A program made the position numbers and the translations under genes. This document shows, one piece after another, positions 51,041 through 53,120 of a stretch of DNA of 53,120 bases. The notes under the pieces are model-generated. The model was given only the letters and a program-made list of their open reading frames with translations. It was not told the DNA's origin and searched no databases. Origin of the DNA: Nemertoderma westbladi. Its lineage: Eukaryota > Animalia > Xenacoelomorpha. Within the stretch, counting starts at the first letter, position 1. Every line of letters starts with the position of its first letter. The stretch is from positions 1-53,120 of the forward strand of contig JAUCBJ010002613.1 of the NCBI GenBank assembly GCA_032718475.1, read 5' to 3'.

Positions 51041-51872
51041 CTGTTGACATTGTCTGCCAAGCTGTTATTTGCGTCGAATTTCCCCTGGAGAGGGATAGAT
51101 TTTTATTGCGTCGAATGCCCCCCCCCCCCCCCCCCCCTCCCCACTCCTACCTGGTAGTTTGACATTTTCTTAAAACACAATCTTTCGTAAATTACGTCAG
51201 ACTGCATGATTTTTCACCAAACTTTACAAATCGTCTAAACCTTCCCTCTGCTACTTACCTACTACGTTTGGTTCAATTCCGAACCAGCGATACCGAGAAA
51301 TTCGCGTTCAAACATTTATCAGACAGACAGACGGACGGACAGACAGGCGGACTTTGCCCTGTATCAACCGTCCGCCAAGGCTCCCCGGCGACTTGTCTCT
51401 CCCCAGATTTATATAATTATACAACAACTGACGATTCATTGGCTACCACGTTATCCGGTCTTAAATTATGTGGTCGATAGATATTGAATAGTAGATTAGA
51501 TAATAGATAAATTTGGGATAGGTATGAGTAATCCTGTGCCAAAAATGTGAAGAGACCTAGACCTGTTTAGTTACTAAATTACACTGCTCAGAACTACAAT
51601 GGGCTCAGTCTAACCGGTAAGTGGTAAGGCCTAAACTTAATAAGACTATACTTAAACTCATCTCATAATATATGTTAACCAGACGGTGACTAGCTTTAGT
51701 TTTAATGCAGTATATTCCACAATAAATAGGTATAACATTGGTTATAGAAAATGAACAAATATTACTGTCGAAATGTGAAATATTTGATCTGCCAACTTTT
51801 GACATTGTGGCTTGTGAGTCAGAATTATTATTTTCTCTTTCAATCTTCTGATTCACAATAACAAATTTTGAG

Positions 51873-52203
51873 GCCCATGTGAAGAATACCAGACTTTCTG
51901 CCGTTATATTTCACTTTGTAGTTACCCCCATGTGAAGAATACCAGACTTTCTGCCGTTATATTTCACTTTGCAGTTACCCCCATGTGAAGAATACCAGGT
52001 TTTCACCAAAACACAGGTTACAGAAGGGCTGAATCTAACCAAAACAATAAACGAATTAGTATATGTACAGGTTATAAGACAGAAATAAGCGCTATAAAAC
52101 ACTTAATAAAGATAAATTTAAAAAAAAATAAATAATCTTCATATATAAAATTCCAATAAAAAGTCGACCGAAAAGTGAAATCCTGGTATTCTTCACATGG
52201 GCG
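51873..52203. mobile_element. MULE-like MITE with tandemly amplified left end
   Basis: GCCCATGTGAAGAATACCAG ... CTGGTATTCTTCACATGGGC, with the 9-bp direct repeat AATTTTGAG at 51864-51872 and 52204-52212. The left terminal ~54 bp is present about 2.3 times. Confidence 0.7.
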
Positions 52204-53120
52204 AATTTTGAGGAGTTGTTTTAGTTTTTCAAATGTTAATTTCAATGTAGAAAAATTCCGCTCAGATTTTTCTCTTATGGAATCAAAAATGAATTTAATA
52301 TTTTGATTCTAGATTCAATATAGTCCGCCCAAGATGTACCTTACAGCTTACTCATTATTTCACTTATTTGCTTCTTGATGCACTATTCATCAAACCATAC
52401 ACTACAGTATGGATGCACTATGCATCCATACTTCCAACCAAGTACCCCTCCCCCTCAAATTGTAAAGTTGATATCTACATGCTGATAAAATTATATCTTC
52501 CTTATAAAACGGTCCTCCGACCGGTAGAGCTAGAGGCACTAATGTATAATGTATCGCAAGTGTAAAAAGTTATCTCCATCGCAAATCGCCCGGAGCAAGG
52601 GGTACCCCCCCCCCCCCCCACACTTTTTTTTCAAAATTGTTTTTATTATTTAATATAGATATTTTATCAAAATTCCAAATTTGATAACCGTTTAGCAAGA
52701 TATCTCTTACTTCTCGAGATATGGCTGTCTGTCCATTTGACTGTCGGTCTGTCTGTCAGTATGTCTGTCCGTCAATAAAAATCATACTATCTATCTAAAA
52801 AATTCCCTATATGGGTTTTCGAGGTTGGTGACTTCATTTATAATGTCATTATTCACATTTGGCCTCGTCTTTTCTTTTGCTTTCTTGTTGCTAGACATAG
52901 TTGACAGTTTTTGCGCGGGAAGGTTCAATCTTTAAAGGCAATTATCTCAGAATGACATTTTTTATTTTAAAACACTACTCCCCTGCGATTTTCAACCAAA
53001 TCTCATGATTTTAGGCTCATTCGAAAGGGTTTCGGCAATTCTTTAACATTTATGTTATAGAATTTCGAAAAAAATTTATATTTCATGTAATATCTAATTT
53101 TAATCAAAATAATTTTAATT

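Overview
AT-rich, repeat-dense eukaryotic (animal-like) genomic DNA, not prokaryotic. It opens with a Penelope-like retroelement (RT plus GIY-YIG) followed by a hammerhead-ribozyme-like motif, then a 5'-truncated, frameshifted RTE-clade LINE. Four spliced exons of an OSBP (oxysterol-binding protein) gene, largely missed by the ORF track, lie at 7374-7507, 9880-10094, 23237-23374 and 29968-30077. The introns are packed with minisatellites, MITEs, SINE-like elements and LINE relics. Two observations stand out. (1) An intact, intronless FBXW7/Cdc4-family gene (43107-44930) has an N-terminal ComEA/YbaV-like tandem helix-hairpin-helix DNA-binding domain and probably lies inside an OSBP intron on the same strand. 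(2) A 36-bp minisatellite of about 66 copies is built from the OSBP exon 4 end plus its 5' splice site, giving a tandem array of splice donors. All family assignments come from motif recognition by eye; no searches were run.
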